Made by a program: the position numbers and the translations under genes. The notes under the pieces were generated by a model. The model saw nothing but the letters and a program-made list of their open reading frames with translations. It did no database searches and was not told the DNA's origin. From Podarcis muralis (taxonomy: Eukaryota): a stretch of DNA of 64,000 nt. Positions within the stretch are counted from its first letter, which is position 1; the number at the start of each line of letters is the position of its first letter. Shown piece after piece: positions 50,085-62,168 of this stretch. The DNA lies in NCBI RefSeq assembly GCF_964188315.1, contig NC_135656.1, positions 96,348,001-96,412,000 on the forward strand, read 5' to 3'.

Positions 50085-50425
50085 TTTGGTGTTAATTAAT
50101 TAATTAATTAATTAATTAAATTTATATACTGCCATTCAATTCCAGAGATCTCAGAGCGGTCCACAGGATAAAAAATACAGGGTAAAAGCACAAAACAAAT
50201 AGCCAAAACAAAACAAAAACTCTCCGCCAAACACCACAGAGTATTAATCAGCCAAAGGTCTGGTTGAAGAGGAACATTGTTGCCTGGTGCCTAAAGATAT
50301 ATAATGGAGGTGCCATGCCAAATGAAACTCCCTGGGGAGAACATTCCACAAAATGGGGAGCCGCTGTGGAACAGGCCAGTTCTCGTGTTGCCACCCTCCG
50401 GACCTCTCGTAGAGGAGACGCACTC
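50085..50425 (-). mobile_element. Older L2 3' end with (TTAA)n tail
   Basis: Similar to 58065-58445; L2-type 3'UTR. Confidence 0.7.
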
Positions 50426-51026
50426 TTGTTTAATCATAGGCAGATAGATCCAGACTCAAGTCAATTAATCAATATACAGCATCTTGAATTAGGTCACAGC
50501 CCTAAATTGATGCAAACAATGCGAGTCAGTGACAAAAAAAAGATCAGGAACCCTTATCCGTGCGATAAATTAAGACTCGCGCTGTGTCTACTCAGAAATA
50601 GTCACCCTGAATTCAAGAGGACTTACTCCCAAGTAAGTTTGTATAAGGCTGCTTCCTTGGCAATGTTTTCCTGGTTACATCACAGTGCCTTTGACCCAGG
50701 GCTGTAGCAGCAGCTTGTGAGCAAAATCTACTGACTCTTATCTAGAGCGGACACTGCAACATTTCTTATACCCCAGGCAATAAGATCAAGCTTCAGTGCA
50801 GCACCTCTGCCTTCCCCCCTCCCCAGAAAAGTGTGGCTCGATATACTTGCGGCTGCTTAATTTAATCCCCTTCACAGAGTGTTGTGCTGTCTTGTAGAGA
50901 TGGTTTTCCCCTCTCCCTCCTTCCACACTAAACAGCAATCTAGGCTAGCAGTCTGAATATTATAGCAATATATTTGGTACTAAACTGAACAGACAATTAA
51001 TCTGAATACATTTAGTCAATATTTAA

Positions 51027-51244
51027 AACAAAAAAAATTCCTTCCAGTAGCACCTTAAAGACCAACTAAGTTAGTTCTTGGTATGAGCTTTCGTGTGCAT
51101 GCACACTTCTTCAGATACTGAAGAAGTGTGCATGCACACGAAAGCTCATACCAAGAACTAACTTAGTTGGTCTTTAAGGTGCTACTGGAAGGAATTTTTT
51201 TTTGTTTTGACTATGGCAGACCAACACGGCTACCCATCTGTAAC
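51027..51244. mobile_element. Penelope-like element remnant: inverted pseudo-LTR forming a ~90-bp-arm palindrome
   Basis: Arms about 51025-51114 and 51118-51208 are complementary except for homopolymer length, with an ATA loop; flanked by TAGTCAATATTTAA at 51013-51026 and 51245-51258. Confidence 0.85.
51081..51118 (-). ncRNA. Minimal type I hammerhead ribozyme motif (PLE-associated)
   Basis: GUAU-CUGAAGA-A-GUGUG(CAUG)CACAC-GAAA-GCUC-AUAC: core boxes, 5-bp helix II, 4-bp helix I, CUC cleavage triplet, loopless helix III. Confidence 0.75.
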
Positions 51245-51313
51245 TAGTCAATATTTAATTTGTCTTCTTTCACATCATTGTAATATTTTTATGGGCATCT
51301 TGTATTATCAATA

Positions 51314-51555
51314 CAGTGGTACCTCGGGTTACATACGCTTCAGGTTACATACGCTTCAGGTTACAGACTCCGCTAACCCAGAAATATTACCTCGGGTTAA
51401 GAACTTTGCTTCAGGGTGAGAACAGAAATCGTGCAGCAGCGGCATGGTGGCAGTGGGAGGCCCCATTAGCTAAAGTGGTGCTTCAGGTTAAGAGCAGTTT
51501 CAGGTTAAGAACAGACCTCCAGAACGAATTAAGTTCTTAACCCGAGGTACCACTG
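51314..51555. mobile_element. Tc1/mariner MITE (family B, reverse)
   Basis: TA|CAGTGGTACCTCGGG...CCCGAGGTACCACTG|TA. Confidence 0.95.
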
Positions 51556-53931
51556 TATAGATATTAATATTCGCAATGTGACACAAGTAAAAATAAAAGT
51601 AGTAAATAATAATAATAGGCTATGAAGTAACTAGGGCTGAAAAATTATGACTCCCCAAAGTAACCCAGTGAGTTTCACATATACTGTCCTGGTGTCATCA
51701 AACATTTTGGGCCTAGGGGCACATTTGCAAACTGGATAGTTGCCATGGGCACCAAACACAGATTGCAACAAAGGGCATATCACATGTTCTACTGGCTACA
51801 ATCAAAAACTTCTTTTAAGCCCAATTTCAGTGGGGAGGGAACCCAGAAGGCACCAGGAAAGACCTCTATGGGCGCAAGAGCCCCTACAGACACCATCCCA
51901 ACAACCCCCAGGCGAGTCCAACCTCATTCACTAATAATATGATTCTGGATGTCGAAGTCTGAAAATGGTGTGCCAATACCTCTCCAGTATCCATCTCCTT
52001 TATTTAACTTGCTTCCAAATACCATGAAATGGTGCAAAAATGAGATACGAGTCCATGTTATCAAATGAAAGTCTGTTCCGGCTGTCATTAATCGTCACTT
52101 TAAAAAACCCCGCTTCATTTCTGACCGCTCTGCACCACAGGCCAATTGTCAGACATATCCTCTCTGTGACTCTGTCTCATCTCCAAAGGCTTTCATGTTT
52201 TAATTCTCACGATATTAGATTTGACACACCAATCTGGTACCTAATATAAAAAGGCAGGCTAATTACTACAGCAGGTTTATAAAAGTGAGAGCAAAACTCT
52301 TAATTTAAAAAGCCTAAAGCAGTGCAAAGATTGAGAAGCTAATTGCATGAAGTCAAGTGCTGCAGAGAGTTAGCGTTCCTACAGTGATGAGGTCCTGCCT
52401 GAAGGTGAAGCTTCCATTGTGTGGCCAACCTTGGATGGAAAAAGGGGTGGAAGGATTTCCCCCTCTCTGTCAGACTGTCAAAAAACCCCAGAATACATAA
52501 CGATCAAAATGGAAGATTAGGGCTAATGACACAGCTTTTTCTAATAGATCATTGTTGAAAATATTTCTTAACATGCACAAGATATACATTAAAACCACCA
52601 CTACCACCACAATAACAGATACTATTAACAGAAAAAAGCAAAATTTTAAAAAGTGACAATGCATTCACTCTTCTAAACGCTTTGAGGAATAAGTCATTGT
52701 TCAGCGCTTTGCATGCAACCCAGCCAGATGGGATGGGTATAAATATTATTATAATTATTATTAAGGTAGCAGTCTGTCTGGATGTGGCCATATCTCTTAG
52801 ACCTTCTATGATTGTTAGCTCTTAGCTTGTTGTCTATGTTGTTCTGTATGCAGCAAATCAAATATTTATTACAGTCAACCAACCAGTACAAACTGTAAAA
52901 TTGCATAATCACAACTTCAGAAGAACAGAGGTGGAGAGGCCAGGGATTGAATTCAGGACTGAACAGGGCCAATTGAGAATTGAACCAGAGAGACCCAGTG
53001 CATGTAAAGCATACGAGCTACCACTGAGCTACAGCCAGTGTTAAAACCTGAGATACGAAAGCTAGGAGCTAAATGGCACCTTAAACCTAGGTTATGGGCG
53101 CAACAATGGAATGTCTAGGCACGCTTTCTAATAAGAAGAATACAAAGCTGAAAATGAATGAACTGTAACTAAAATACTATGTTCCTTTTCACATAGTCTA
53201 GTCCTTCCCCTGCCCACCCATCAAATATTTTTCAGAAGGTCTATTCTCCAGTCTTCAGAGAGTAACTGGAAGTGGTGAGGCAGAAAAAGGACCTCATTTC
53301 CTTGAACTCTGCAGTTTTAATCTGAAATCTTAGGCGCAGTACTGCGCCCAGAGCTCAGAAACATCCCACACTAATGAAATTCCCTGTCACAAAATGCACC
53401 TAGAGTTTTGAACAATGGGAGTTTTGAACACTGACTATAGCGTTAACCCATGACTAATGTATTGATATGAAGGACTGGGTCAAGAGAAGACATATAACGA
53501 TGGGGGCAGCAACAGGTCAATGGCCACTGCATGATCACACCTTGAAGAGGGCCCCTGCAGTTCCATTTTCATTTATTTTTATTATTTCCATGCTGCCTAA
53601 AACTGAATAATAATTACAAAACAAGCCATCAGGGTCCTTATAGTGAGAGGATATGGAGTTTAAGAGCTGGCACACAAAGTTGCCTAAAGCCTTATGAGCT
53701 CCTCCCTTGCTTGGATTTATAGCATGAGATGGAAGTATGAAAACATTCTTTATGAAAATTTGGCTCCCCATTTACAAAAGGAGTCTTCAGTGTACCTCTC
53801 AAAAGGAAAAAAAGACTTAATATGCAATACAAAAAGCCAAAGGCTACACTTACGTTATTGTCAAGTCATTTCAGCAGTGCTACAGAAATGCTGCTGTGGC
53901 TTATGCGCTATAGCTATATATATACGGTGTG

Positions 53932-53968
<37 letters not shown>

Positions 53969-55189
53969 TATTGAGAACCATTAAAACAGACAAGTTAGTG
54001 CTCGCTCAAATAGCTCGAGTACTTTCATTAACACCTCTGCATTATGATGCACACTTCAGCCAGAAAGCTAATGTCATGAATAATAATAATTGTAAAGGCA
54101 CTGGAGCAGCGATCGCAGAAGCATGTATTTGTTCTTCTGAGCATACCCTGCTAACACTGAGAGCCTGTCATTGAGATACACCTGCTGGGCAGGGAACAGA
54201 ATAGAATTCCAAATGCATTCCATTGCACTGGCCGAACATAATGTTACCCTGGCGCTGCAGATTTCTCCTGGTGTTGGGTACTGTTGATGGAACAGTAACA
54301 CAATACCAATAGTGCACAGAAAGGAGCAAAAATAAGGAGAGTTGAAGAAGTGCCGGGAAGAGTAGCGACACTCAGAAGTCAGTTCCACCACATACAACGC
54401 AGTAATGCCATGCTTAAGTAAAAACACTGCCATTTTTATTCCATCAGTTGAGACACCTGCAGTTGACTTCTCCGTTCCCAATGAACATCAGAACATGCAG
54501 CTCCAGTTCAGGAGCCAACGGCAACACCACTAGCATATAAACCCCAAGAAGGGAGCACAGTTTACTTGATAAGGTGTGCAACATGGGACCGCATCACTCA
54601 TGTCTACGGAAACATGGGCATCACTTTGCCCTCATGTCTACAGAATAGATAGGGGCTGGTGATTGGGAACTTCAAGAAAGGGAGTATGTTGCACAGGCAA
54701 GAAAAGAAGGACAGTTGAATAACAACACTTATGTTCCTCCAGAACTGCCAACAGAGATCCTGCTTACGGCCTTTCCACAAGCATCTGGTTGGTTATGGCG
54801 GGAACATGAAGCCGGACTAGATGAGTCTTTGGTTATATTGTCATACAGCTATTTTGCCTTTGGGATCCAGACATTAACACCTAGCAGGAGCCTCAGCTCC
54901 ACTGTTGCAACCACAAGGACAAGTCACTCCACAAAAATGTAAACAAAAGAGAACCTCAAGAGTGAGGCCGTGCCTTAAAAAAAACACCACGCCAATCCTG
55001 AACATCTCTCATCCACCCACTGCAAAGCATCCTGAAGTATACAGAGCTCAAAACATCCATAGCCCAAAACGGCCTTCCATTCCGCCCCCCATTTTGGAAG
55101 AACTAGAAAAGCCAAGAACACTTTCAACAGTTCGTAAAGTGACAAGGGACCACAAAGGTTGAACATCATGCTGATACAGGAAATATGCA

Positions 55190-55530
55190 GCCCTGATCAA
55201 TGTCCATCCAGCCTCTGCTTAAAAACGTATTTTGAAAGTGTCCATCACCTTTCAAGGCTGCCCGTTCCCTTGTCATTAGCTCTTCCTAATGTTTAACTAC
55301 AGCGTTCCTTCTTGAAATTTGAACCCCTTGGTCCAGGTCCTAGTCCTTGAAATATTAGAAGATGGTCTCTTAAACTTCTCTTCTCCAAGCAAAATATATC
55401 GATAAAAGCATTCTTTGTGAGGACTTGGTAGCATGGTCTTCCACACAAGGGGCACAGGGTTTATATATACACTGTACAGAAAACAAGGTCCTTAACCTGA
55501 CCATCGATTCCATCACTCCAGGAGAAAGCT
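55190..55530 (-). mobile_element. Old CR1 3' fragment
   Basis: Degenerate antisense CR1 3' end (CATCCAGCCTCTGCTTAAAAAC..CTTCCTAATGTTTAA). Confidence 0.55.
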
Positions 55531-57196
55531 ATGGGAACACAGCCACAGTTGTTGGTGAATCCAAAGCATCTCACTTCAGTGAAGTGCTAGCAAAAGATTT
55601 ATGGTGTGCTCTTTTTCTGCATAAGGAGCAGAGTACGTAAAGCAGACAGAGTTCCAAAGCTACCAACAACAGGCTGGATAGGCAAGTATTGTCTTAATGA
55701 CTGCATTATCTTCCCTGTATTTCATAAACTGTGCCAAAGAAAAAAGCTAAGTGATATGCTTGCAGAGAAAGGAAACACACTGCCGCTCCTAACTGGACCT
55801 GGGATAAACTTCCTTGCCCGTTTTACAAATAGCGGGCACCAGACACTGACTATGAAGTAAGAACTGTTTAGCTTTTCCCAACACCATATGAAATCAGGAG
55901 AACAGACACCTTGAATTAAACCAGGTGATTCAATAACCATCTGCCTCCTACCTTCTATTGCCAAAGAAACAGAAACCCAGCCACACCAAGTTTCAAAACC
56001 GGAAACCGAAAAGGTTTGATTCTCAAAAGTTACTCACAGAATTCCAATGAAGCCTTATTTCCTCGGGTCCACAGGGTGTGGAACTACATTTCTAAGGAGT
56101 GTATACAGATACCTAGGATGGGGTTATCTCCTCAAGATCCAGTTCCCTGGGCTAGGTCATGGCAGGTGCAGGCCACAACTTGCTTTGCTTGCAAAAAGGA
56201 GCCATCCCTGGCATTTCCACTTAAGCAGGGTCTCAGGTTTCAACCCCTGCCCTGTGACTTGGTCAGCATCTACCAGGCTGGGCTAAAAGGACCACTGATC
56301 TGACAATAGAAAAATCAATCATATAGGAAGCCAAGTTCTCTACAATTTTTGGATGTGTGTCATTTTTTTAAAAAAAGGAAATAGTGTGAATCTAATTTGG
56401 AAATCAAAGTTTAGGAATGGGGTGACAGGTAGCAAGGCTATCTATCATCCAATATAACACCTGGAGGAGTAGGTATGGGTGCTCTGTCACAATATCTCAG
56501 CATCACACAACAGATAGACCTGTTCAGGCCTCCTTGATATCCAGTTTCTCCACAGTCACCCTAGACAATCTGTTTTTGTTTAGCAACTCCGGTGTTTAAA
56601 ACTTGTCCCCAATTTCACAGTAGCCTAAAGGCTCCCCATTCCTCTTCTACAGCCAGATTATTATTTTCTGCCCACCCCCAACTAAATACATTTCTGTATT
56701 TAATTTCTGTATGCGAAAAGCAAGTAATATGATTATTTCCCAAATGTAGAGCCTGTAAAGCCTGCAAGTTGCTTCTACTGCTCCAGAAAACAGACCAACC
56801 TTTGGGCTTATACTCCCTTTCACAGATTTGGAAATTAAATATGATGACAGAACAAAACATGGCCTGTTAGCCAAAAAGCAGGGTGGGGCGAGGCAGGAAA
56901 TGTCCAAATGGTTCCTCTCATTCCATAGAAAACAGTATGTGAACATGTTGCAGAGGATGGAATTTTCCCAAAAAAAATGAAAAATCAAAGTGCTAGTGCT
57001 GAGCCCACCATATTTTTGTTCTCACAGGGACAGCAAAAAAGCCATTCGGCAATAGCCTTCAGAACGCCATACCAGGCGCTGAACCACTCAAAGCAAACAC
57101 CAAACAAAAGTTGCATATAGCAACTATGAAACCCAAACACTTTTTAAGACCATTAGATATTGCATTATTCAGATCAGTTTGCAGCTGCTGGCATAT

Positions 57197-57332
57197 CATA
57201 GAATCACAGAATTGTAGAGTTGGAAGGAACCATTAGGGTCATCCAGTCCAATCCCCTGCAATGCAGGAATCTTTTGCCCAGACCCACGACCCTGAGATTA
57301 AGCGTCTCATGTTCTACCGACTAAGCTAACCC
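57197..57332 (-). mobile_element. SINE with tRNA head and CR1-like tail
   Basis: CATAGAATCACAGAATTGTAGAGTTGGAAGG tail on plus; antisense head CTACCGACTAAGCTA. Confidence 0.7.
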
Positions 57333-57595
57333 AACTTTCCCTTTCCCAAACGATCAAGCTCAGAGGTAGATTTTACAACCATCCACCTACACAAGAATCC
57401 TACCTCACAGAAAGAGTCCACTGACGGGAAAAAACCCACCCCAAACCAGTTTTCCTTTCTACAGTCTAGTTTACATTTATTGTAAAGGTACAGCATTGTG
57501 ATTGGTTCTGAACTGGATTTAAAGTGATTGACCCAAATCTATCTTCAGAAGGCCTCCACAGAACCACACCAAATATCCATACACACCACTTAGAG

Positions 57596-57730
57596 CAGGC
57601 TTCCTCAACCTCGGCCCTCCAGATGTTTTGAAACTACAATTCTCATCATCCCTGAACACTGGTCCTGCTAGCTAGGGATCATGGGAGTTGTAGGCCAAAA
57701 CCTCTGGAGGGTTGAGGTTGAGGAAGACTG
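57596..57730. mobile_element. Hairpin hAT-type MITE
   Basis: Same family as 17338; perfect TSD ACTTAGAG. Confidence 0.95.
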
Positions 57731-58064
57731 ACTTAGAGATTTTTACATATTATAGAGTTTATATATGCATTTAAATAATTTAATAAATCAAAATTTAATG
57801 GCTCTATAATTCACAGTACATTCATACATCTCTTAATAGTGCTACACTTAAGATATGCCCCAAATAGTATTAGATTTTGTTTTGTTTGAACCCAGAAGTT
57901 GTCCTGAAAACCTCTCATTAGCTTTCCTCCTTTGTGCTTTCTCTACTACACCAAGGCTAGGAAATCTGTGACCCTCCAGATGTTACTGGACTACAACTCC
58001 CATAATTCCTAACCACTGCTCATGCCAGCTGACACTGATGAGAGCGGGAATCCAGCAACATTAC

Positions 58065-58445
58065 TATTATTACTATTACTATTAATTAAATTGGTACACT
58101 GCTCTTCATCCAAAGATCGCGGGGCGATTCACAACATAAAAATATATAATACATAATAAAACTAAAACAAACAAATAATCCCCTTCCCACAAACACATCT
58201 AAAAGGCCATGCAACTAGCCAAAGGTCTGGTTAAAGAGAAACATTTTCGCCTGGTACCTAAAGATATGTAATGAAAGTGCCAGACATGCTGCCTTCGGAA
58301 GAGTATTCCACAAACAGGGAGCCACTGCAGAAAAGGGCCCTTTCTCATGTTGCTATCCTCTGGACCTCTTGTAGAGGAGGCACAAGAAGAAGGGCCTCAG
58401 GTGATGATCTCAGGGGCCAGGTAGGTTCATATGAGGAGAAGTCTG
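58065..58445 (-). mobile_element. Older L2 3' end
   Basis: (TAC/TAT)n tail and L2 3' body. Confidence 0.7.
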
Positions 58446-58912
58446 GAGAGTCACAGGGTCTCCATCCATGCTAGGTTTACACCATATTAAAGTCAGCAGG
58501 TATTATATATATTTGAGATAAACATAACCCACTGAAATATACCACCATAATAAAATGCAGGGGCTGTTAGAAACAAAAGGCATGCTATAGCCATATATTT
58601 CTACCCAGACTGGCTATAATACGTGGCATAGACTGGTACAGCAAAGCTCAGTAGCATTCTAATACCCTGGAAACAATTAGGGACACCTCAGGCCTTCCCC
58701 TTTTCCTCTCCGTTGAAATTCTTGTTGAACAAAGCATACATCCTGTAATCAGATAAAAGTACTGTATCTTGGTTCACAGGTAACATATGGAGGAGGATTT
58801 ATATAAATCAGATTTCCGTTTGGTGCCAAGACAATTCAAGAGACTCTTTCCATTTAAATGCGTCCGGACAGGACTACAATAAATACAAGTGACAAGCTGA
58901 GACGTTACATAC

Positions 58913-59045
58913 CTTCAAAACCACGAAGACAGCTATAAAACAAAGCTCGTGCGATACATTCACAGAAACCGGAGCTCACCGTCACAACTGAATTGACTGG
59001 TGGAACATTTCAAGTTGTCAGTCTTGCCTTCCCCGCCCAATACTT
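58913..59045 (-). promoter_or_regulatory. Putative promoter and first-exon region of a minus-strand transcript
   Basis: Overlapping GC box CCCCGCCC (59031-59038) and CCAAT (59037-59041); local CpG enrichment; minus-strand donors ACG|gtgagc (58980) and AAG|gtatgt (58913). Confidence 0.35.
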
Positions 59046-61938
59046 CCATGCTCTCCCGATCTACCTTACTAACAGGTGCCTGAGATGGGAGCTTCCCATC
59101 TCAGGCTCCAGAGGCTGCAGGGCATGTTACTAATTCTCCCCAATCAGAGCAGGAAGAGGATGAGGTGTCAGCAAGTGATGAGGCAATGTTCTGCTAGCAT
59201 TTGATTCACTGCTACGCTCATTAGAGACAGAAAAATTCAAGGAAGATAAAACTAAGTTCTATTTATCTTCTTTGAATTTTTCTAAGCTCATTTTAAAGCA
59301 ATCAGTGGATGCAAGTCATGACAGTTACATACTTTCTTTCTCTCTCTCTCTCTCTTCAAGGGACAATTTCTCTCTGAATACAAGATGCTGAGAAACATGA
59401 AAGGGTCATTGCCATTGTGCTCAGGTCTAGCTGGTGGGCTTCTCAGAAGCATCTGGTTCACCACTGTGTGATGTTCAGAACATCAGCAACTGAACCATAG
59501 TTACAAAAATAAGTGCTGCCTGCAGGAAGACCACAAGGCCTCTCTGCTGTTGATCCTCAGCAACTGACTTTCAGAGGTAAACTGTGGCATTTTTCACGCT
59601 ATGGGAAATCATGATAAGGTGAACCATTTGAAGCTGTCTCCATCATGCAGCCATTAAAGGCACAGGGCTTCTGCCACAAAGAGAAAATGTTGAACCCAAT
59701 TGCAAACTCAGTAGTCTGCTATCTCTGGTACATGCAGGATCCTAGCAAGTTATTTGGCACCTCCACATTTTCTTCTTGACCAAGTGTGGCTGGGAGAAAC
59801 AGAAACCACTTGCCAGCACTCTGTATGGAGAGCTAGGTCCTAGCTACAAGAGCAATGAAACTTTTGATGTTGACTCTGATCCAGAAATGCATTAAACTAC
59901 AGAGCAGACTCAGAGCATATTGCAAACTCCACTAACTCCACCTGCAACAGGTGAAGCAACTTAAGCAACAGATTATGAAGTTTACATTTCAGAGGTTATC
60001 ATAACTTCCACAACAACCGAGGAAGCCAAGGGGAAGTCATTACCAAGTTTAAATGCAATCCTACAAGGTGACTCATGCTTGTCAAAGCCATGTGCTCACG
60101 ATGACACTTCACACATTAATTACACAGCTATTTTTAACCTCCCAAACTGTGTGGGCCCCATAGCATCCTCCCTACATCCCCTTTCCACCACTTTTGGAAG
60201 GCCAGTGGAAACAACCTAACTCTGTCTGTAGGAGTGGTTCTTGCTATTGAAGGGAATCAAGTCATTTCTCATTTGATTATTTACTCACCAAAGGCAGAGA
60301 CACACTTTTCACCAGCTATGCTTTCTTGCTTGCTCCACAAGGAGAGATGAGTCAGTCTACTAGAGGGACTTTATATATATATAGGAGGAATGTCTTATCC
60401 ACACCCATTATCAGGCAATTTACATTTGTATTTTTAGCTTTTGGACCTAATCCTGCTTGTACTTTAGCCCATTTAGAGATGAATGAACTCACAATGTGGA
60501 TCAGCTCTGTGCAGCAAGATCTTAAGTTTCTTGGAGTTTATAGATTTTATTTTTATTTATTCATTTCATTTCTATGTCACTTTATATTGTAAATAAAAAC
60601 TCTCAGTTTACAACACATCAAAACATTGAATAAAACCATCCAGAATAAAACATTGCTGAAGAAAGTCAAAGATAAAGTATACAATCAAAGCAACATAGCT
60701 AACAAGAAACTAATATTATCTTAAAGATTTCAAAATAAAGCGTTACAAAAGAGGTCTAATAAGAGATGGGAGAGAGGGCCTTTTCAGACCTTGCACCCCA
60801 TTCCCAGAAGTCTACCTATCATATCACTCTTTCATTTTCAGCACCAGGCAGAGACTTTTTAAAGTGATACCCGAAATTTGGTCTTATTCCATGGTGGAAG
60901 GTATTCTGCTTTTTTGCATAATTTAATCTTTTTATTCTGCTGCTTACCAGTTTGGGTTTTATTGTGCTAATCGTTAGTATTGTTAACAAAGCTGAAGCTT
61001 GGCTGATTGGGCAGCATATACATTTTTTAAAGCAATTAATAAACTAAAAGAGTAAGAGAAATTAAAAATACATTTGCTAGTTTCAATAATTATTAACAAC
61101 AGGCAATGACCCCGGAGCTCTGTGTTCCAGGCACAGCTGGATGATCCGATTCAGACACACACACAAAAGAACAATATAATCACTTCCCCATACAAGTTGC
61201 GCAGACCTCACTGCATATAGCTTTAAAACAAAACGAATCAACGCTGAATGTTAATTTAAAACAGAGGCAAAGCAGTCAACAATGCGCTTAAACTGGAGAA
61301 CAGTGGGGAAAATACACAGGGGATCCATGTTTAGATCAGAGAAATTAAACCTCCCCCTCTTTGGCTGAGAGTTGCAGTTTCTGGGGGGGGGGGAGGGTTG
61401 AGGGGAGAGATCCTTTATATTTAGTGGGGTTAACATGTTATCCAAACCTTAAACAATTGTTAGTGTTAACTATGGTTTCCTGAGACAACCCTAGCCCTCT
61501 TCGGGGATTTAACATAGACATGTGAAGACTGAAGAATCATGGAATTGCTGTAAAGGGATATGGATGTGTGTGCTCCACCTGTGATGTATCTATGCAGGTT
61601 TACCAGCTGCACTCCCAACCTTTTTGCAAACTTAGCACGAAAGCCTGAAGAGGGTTTGATAACACCTTTGCCTGAATGTGCTCACAAGCCTCCTCCTAAC
61701 CAACCTCACAGGGTTGTCGTGGGGGTTACATGAGGAGGGGCGGAAACCATGTATGCCAACCTTGAGCTCCTTGGAGGAAAAGGCGGAATAGAAATACAAA
61801 TAATAAAATAAACCGTGTAGAAGTATGGCTCCCAATGAAGATCCAAATACACAACTGGGTGGGCAAATGTACTTAAAGGCTGCCTTCAGCCCTCTGCACC
61901 AAATATACAAAGGTGGGGTGCAGGATAAAGTAAGCATG

Positions 61939-62168
61939 CATGGTACATCTGGTTACGAACTTAATTCATTCTGGAGGTCTGTTCTTAACCTGAAACCATT
62001 CTTAACCTGAGGTACCACTTTAGCTAATGGCGCCTCCCGCTGCCACCGTGCGATTTCTGTTCTCATCCTGAGGTAAAGTTCTTAACCCGAGGTACTACTT
62101 CCAGCTTAGCGGAGTCTGTAACCCGAAGTGTCTGTAACCCGAGGTGTTTGTAACCCGAGGTACCACTG
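61939..62168. mobile_element. Tc1/mariner MITE (family B)
   Basis: Family B body; right TIR GAGGTACCACTG|TA; left TIR decayed. Confidence 0.85.

Noticed and set aside
54074-54481. 135-aa minus-strand ORF
   Set aside because: No recognisable domain; only short, closely spaced splice-like segments; consistent with chance.
6767-57730. Recurrent hairpin repeats as a CRISPR-like array
   Set aside because: Dispersed, TSD-flanked eukaryotic MITEs with no regular spacing and no cas genes.
10013-59200. RTGATGA motifs (10013, 33819, 39242, 52384, 59174) as C/D snoRNAs
   Set aside because: No suitably spaced CTGA D box with terminal stem.
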